From an uncultured Pseudomonadales bacterium (GTDB lineage: Bacteria > Pseudomonadota > Gammaproteobacteria > Pseudomonadales > Azotimanducaceae), in assembly GCA_958296025.1 (NCBI GenBank), contig OY282430.1, positions 3,212,477 to 3,276,476 of the forward strand: DNA of 64,000 bases. Direction: 5' to 3'. Positions 62,144 through 64,000 of this stretch are shown here, piece by piece. The notes beneath the pieces were generated by a model. The model saw only the letters and a list, made by a program, of their open reading frames with translations, had not been told where the DNA came from and did no database searches. Position numbers and translations under genes: made by a program. Within the stretch, counting starts at the first letter, position 1; each line of letters starts with the position of its first letter.

Positions 62144-62887
62144 CTATACCCATGCCTCCACCAGCGCCTCCATCCTGTCCAGAAAGGCGACGTCGTAGTC
62201 CTCTTCAACGTGGTTGTTGTTCCACAGCCCGGAGGCGCGAACCCGCGGCCGGTCGCTGCAAGCGCCCAGCCAACGACCGGAGGGCGCATCGGCACCGACG
62301 CTTCGCGCATGGCTGAGCAAGGCGATGGCGTTGCGCTCGATGACCCCCCGGTCGCTGTGCGGGCTTGGATTGTCGGGGATGTTCAACCACAGAAACGGCA
62401 TCCGCCCGATGTGGGCGCTGACGCGGCGCTCCAAGTCCGCTTCCGCGTCTTTCACCGCTACGCGAGTCATGCCTAGTTTGCGGGCCGCGGCACCGGGGTC
62501 GCCGCCAATGCCCCAAGACCGCGGCGGTGGGCAATCGCCGCGCTCGGCCAGCGCCCTGCCCACCAACAGCCGGAAGATGGAGCCGCGGTGGTGGCCGCCC
62601 CCGCTCTTGGCGCTGCCGCGATGCTGGGAAAGCCGTGCCCACAGCGTTGTCCTTGAACGGTCTGTCAGCGCATGGGTGCCAACCCGCACCAAGCGGTCAC
62701 CGCGGCCCGACAAACTGCGCTGCTCGCCCTCTTCAAAGAAAAAATAGACGCCGCGTTGCGGCCAATCCATGCGGCCATCGCAGACGCCGAGGGTGCGGCG
62801 CCCGCCAGCCCGATCTTCAATGCGGGCCAGAAGATCGTAGAAGCGTATGGTGTCGGCAACGCGGCTCGGTGAGGGCTTTGTGGTCAA
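62144..62887 (-). CDS. GIY-YIG-like nuclease-family protein
   Basis: RGVYFFFEEGE ... LVRVGTHA ... LWARLSQHRG ... SIFRLLVG ... GVIERNAIALLS follows the GIY / YIG / R / E-N order. TTG start overlaps the upstream stop (TTGA). Confidence 0.6.
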   Translation of the reverse strand: MTTKPSPSRVADTIRFYDLLARIEDRAGGRRTLGVCDGRMDWPQRGVYFFFEEGEQRSLSGRGDRLVRVGTHALTDRSRTTLWARLSQHRGSAKSGGGHHRGSIFRLLVGRALAERGDCPPPRSWGIGGDPGAAARKLGMTRVAVKDAEADLERRVSAHIGRMPFLWLNIPDNPSPHSDRGVIERNAIALLSHARSVGADAPSGRWLGACSDRPRVRASGLWNNNHVEEDYDVAFLDRMEALVEAWV

Positions 62888-63687
62888 CGCTTAATCCGGT
62901 CGTTTAGCCAAGCCAACTGTTCGCCGATCTTCAGGCCTTCCATTGGCACCTCAACCCGAACGCCGCGCTTGCGCATTTCCGGGACCAAGAACTCGCGGTA
63001 GCGCTGGCCGGCAAAAACCACGACGGTTTGCACACCACCCAAATGGCACGCGAGCGCCTGCATAACGTCACTCGCCCAAGCCCGCCGCTCGGCCACCCGC
63101 ATCGTGTTCAGCGTCTTCTCGTAGGGAGCGATCTCCTTGTCGGGATGCACCAAACCATGCTTTGCGGAAAGGATGAACCAAGGCCAGCCTTGGGCTTCAA
63201 CCAATTTGCGCACCTTGGCAAACCAAACCGATATGTAAAGATCCCTAGCCAGCGCCTGATGAGATTGCTTCGTCCAAACGCAGGAAACAAGGCAGAGATC
63301 TGCGGCCGGCAGCTTGGCGTTCCTTGCGGACGGTGCCTTCGGGCGCGGGGTCGCTACGGTTTTCGGTGGCGGTCGGTCGGGCTGTTGCTTCTCTGCGCAC
63401 ATCTTGATCAAGGTTTTAGACGAACCCTTCCGCTTGTAGTGGAACCTGGTTGTAGTGCTTTCAGGGGGTCCCGTTCGGTCCAAGTACTCAAGCCCTACAT
63501 GCTCAGCTTCCCGTTGGAACTTCCGACCTTCAAGGGCGCTGCATACGGCTCGAGTCCTGTTGACAAGACCCATGCTGCGCACGACATCCCCGGTGCAAAT
63601 GGAAAGCGTAGCCTCATTGGCATCTAGAAAGGGCCGAACATAGCGTTCCATCACATGCTGTCGGATTCTGTCTGCTTGCGACGCCAT
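62884..63687 (-). CDS. DUF6884-domain protein with a ~90-aa N-terminal domain of unknown function
   Basis: AAGGGAG RBS before ATG 63687. C-terminal LCLVSCVWTKQ...ARDLYISVWF...WFILSAKHGLVHPDKEIAPYEKTL...FAGQRY...LKIGEQLAWL fits the DUF6884 pattern. Confidence 0.65.
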   Translation of the reverse strand: MASQADRIRQHVMERYVRPFLDANEATLSICTGDVVRSMGLVNRTRAVCSALEGRKFQREAEHVGLEYLDRTGPPESTTTRFHYKRKGSSKTLIKMCAEKQQPDRPPPKTVATPRPKAPSARNAKLPAADLCLVSCVWTKQSHQALARDLYISVWFAKVRKLVEAQGWPWFILSAKHGLVHPDKEIAPYEKTLNTMRVAERRAWASDVMQALACHLGGVQTVVVFAGQRYREFLVPEMRKRGVRVEVPMEGLKIGEQLAWLNDRIKR

Positions 63688-63774
63688 TTCGTGCTCCCTT
63701 GCGGCGGGCTTAGGTCTGCCGGCACTTATATCCAATTTGGCGATGGTTGTCTAAACGGCGTCAAGCCTCGGACT

Positions 63775-63900
63775 GCGCCGGCCGCCCGGTTGGCCCGCAA
63801 CCAGCCTCGCCATCGCATCCGTCTCAAAACGACCGCGACATCCCCAAAACGTGCTCGCCGATGTAGCTTAGGATCAGGTTGGTGGAGATGGGGGCGATGA
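63775..63900. repeat. Third copy (3' part only) of the rpn-derived repeat
   Basis: ...ccgcaaccagcctcgccatcgcatccgtctcaaaacgaccgcgacatccccaaaacgtgctcgccgatgtagcttaggatcaggttggtggagatggggg matches 55017-55125 and 57347-57450. Confidence 0.8.
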
Positions 63901-64000
63901 TCCCTCAATCTGAGGAGCGCCGGCCCTCCGCCGGCATGATGCGCCGCATGAATGCATCGAAAAGGGGTGCTGTGAAGGCGGTGTCGCCGTGGCTTGGGCT

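Noticed and set aside
63904-63906. In-frame TGA in the edge ORF, considered as a selenocysteine codon
   Set aside because: No SECIS-like hairpin is evident downstream, and the position coincides with a repeat boundary. A nonsense or termination codon is far more likely.

Overview
GC-rich proteobacterial-type chromosome segment, judged from lptF/lptG, TonB-dependent receptors and Tat/Sec signals. Core blocks alternate with at least four accessory patches. No rRNA, tRNA or CRISPR array was seen.

Layout:
- (1) 1-9820: two translationally coupled P-loop ATPase genes, the second ATPase-wHTH-TPR. They converge on a complete type I R-M operon (hsdR-hsdS-hsdM) that carries two paralogous Phd/YefM antitoxin genes and a truncated PIN toxin between hsdS and hsdM.
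- (2) 10214-11269: an intact Rpn (YhgA-like) nuclease gene.
- (3) 11555-20510: core genes (IclR regulator, lptFG, RDD protein, thiolase-like protein, glutaminyl cyclase, two amidohydrolases).
- (4) 20755-26621: Uma2 endonuclease, a MoxR-VWA pair, and a type II R-M pair (beta-class methyltransferase plus a PD..ELK candidate endonuclease).
- (5) 26642-32840: a 5-gene peptide-type ABC importer.
- (6) 32841-41600: an AT-richer island. It holds a two-gene module of unknown function, IS3 and nuclease debris, a sacsin-like GHKL-DUF3883 giant gene overlapping a Schlafen/AlbA_2 gene, a decapitated Mod methylase and an ORC-like ATPase.
- (7) 42003-52917: a TetR-controlled uptake/catabolic cluster with two TonB receptors.
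- (8) 52965-63900: a recombination patchwork built around repeated 3' fragments of rpn genes.

The patchwork in (8) contains a tandemly duplicated DUF385 gene and an AbiEii-like nucleotidyltransferase cassette bracketed by ~510-bp direct repeats. It also holds an AT-rich block of secreted proteins and a three-gene operon at 60965-63687.

Best candidates for an undescribed system:
- First, the 60965-63687 operon: a DUF6884 protein, a GIY-YIG-like nuclease, and a YaaA/DUF6884-like protein fused to a RelE-fold domain.
- Second, the GHKL-DUF3883 / AlbA_2 pair at 35503-40124.
- Third, the orphan two-gene module at 32893-34660.

All functional calls rest on motifs read by eye from the ORF translations. 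No database search was run.
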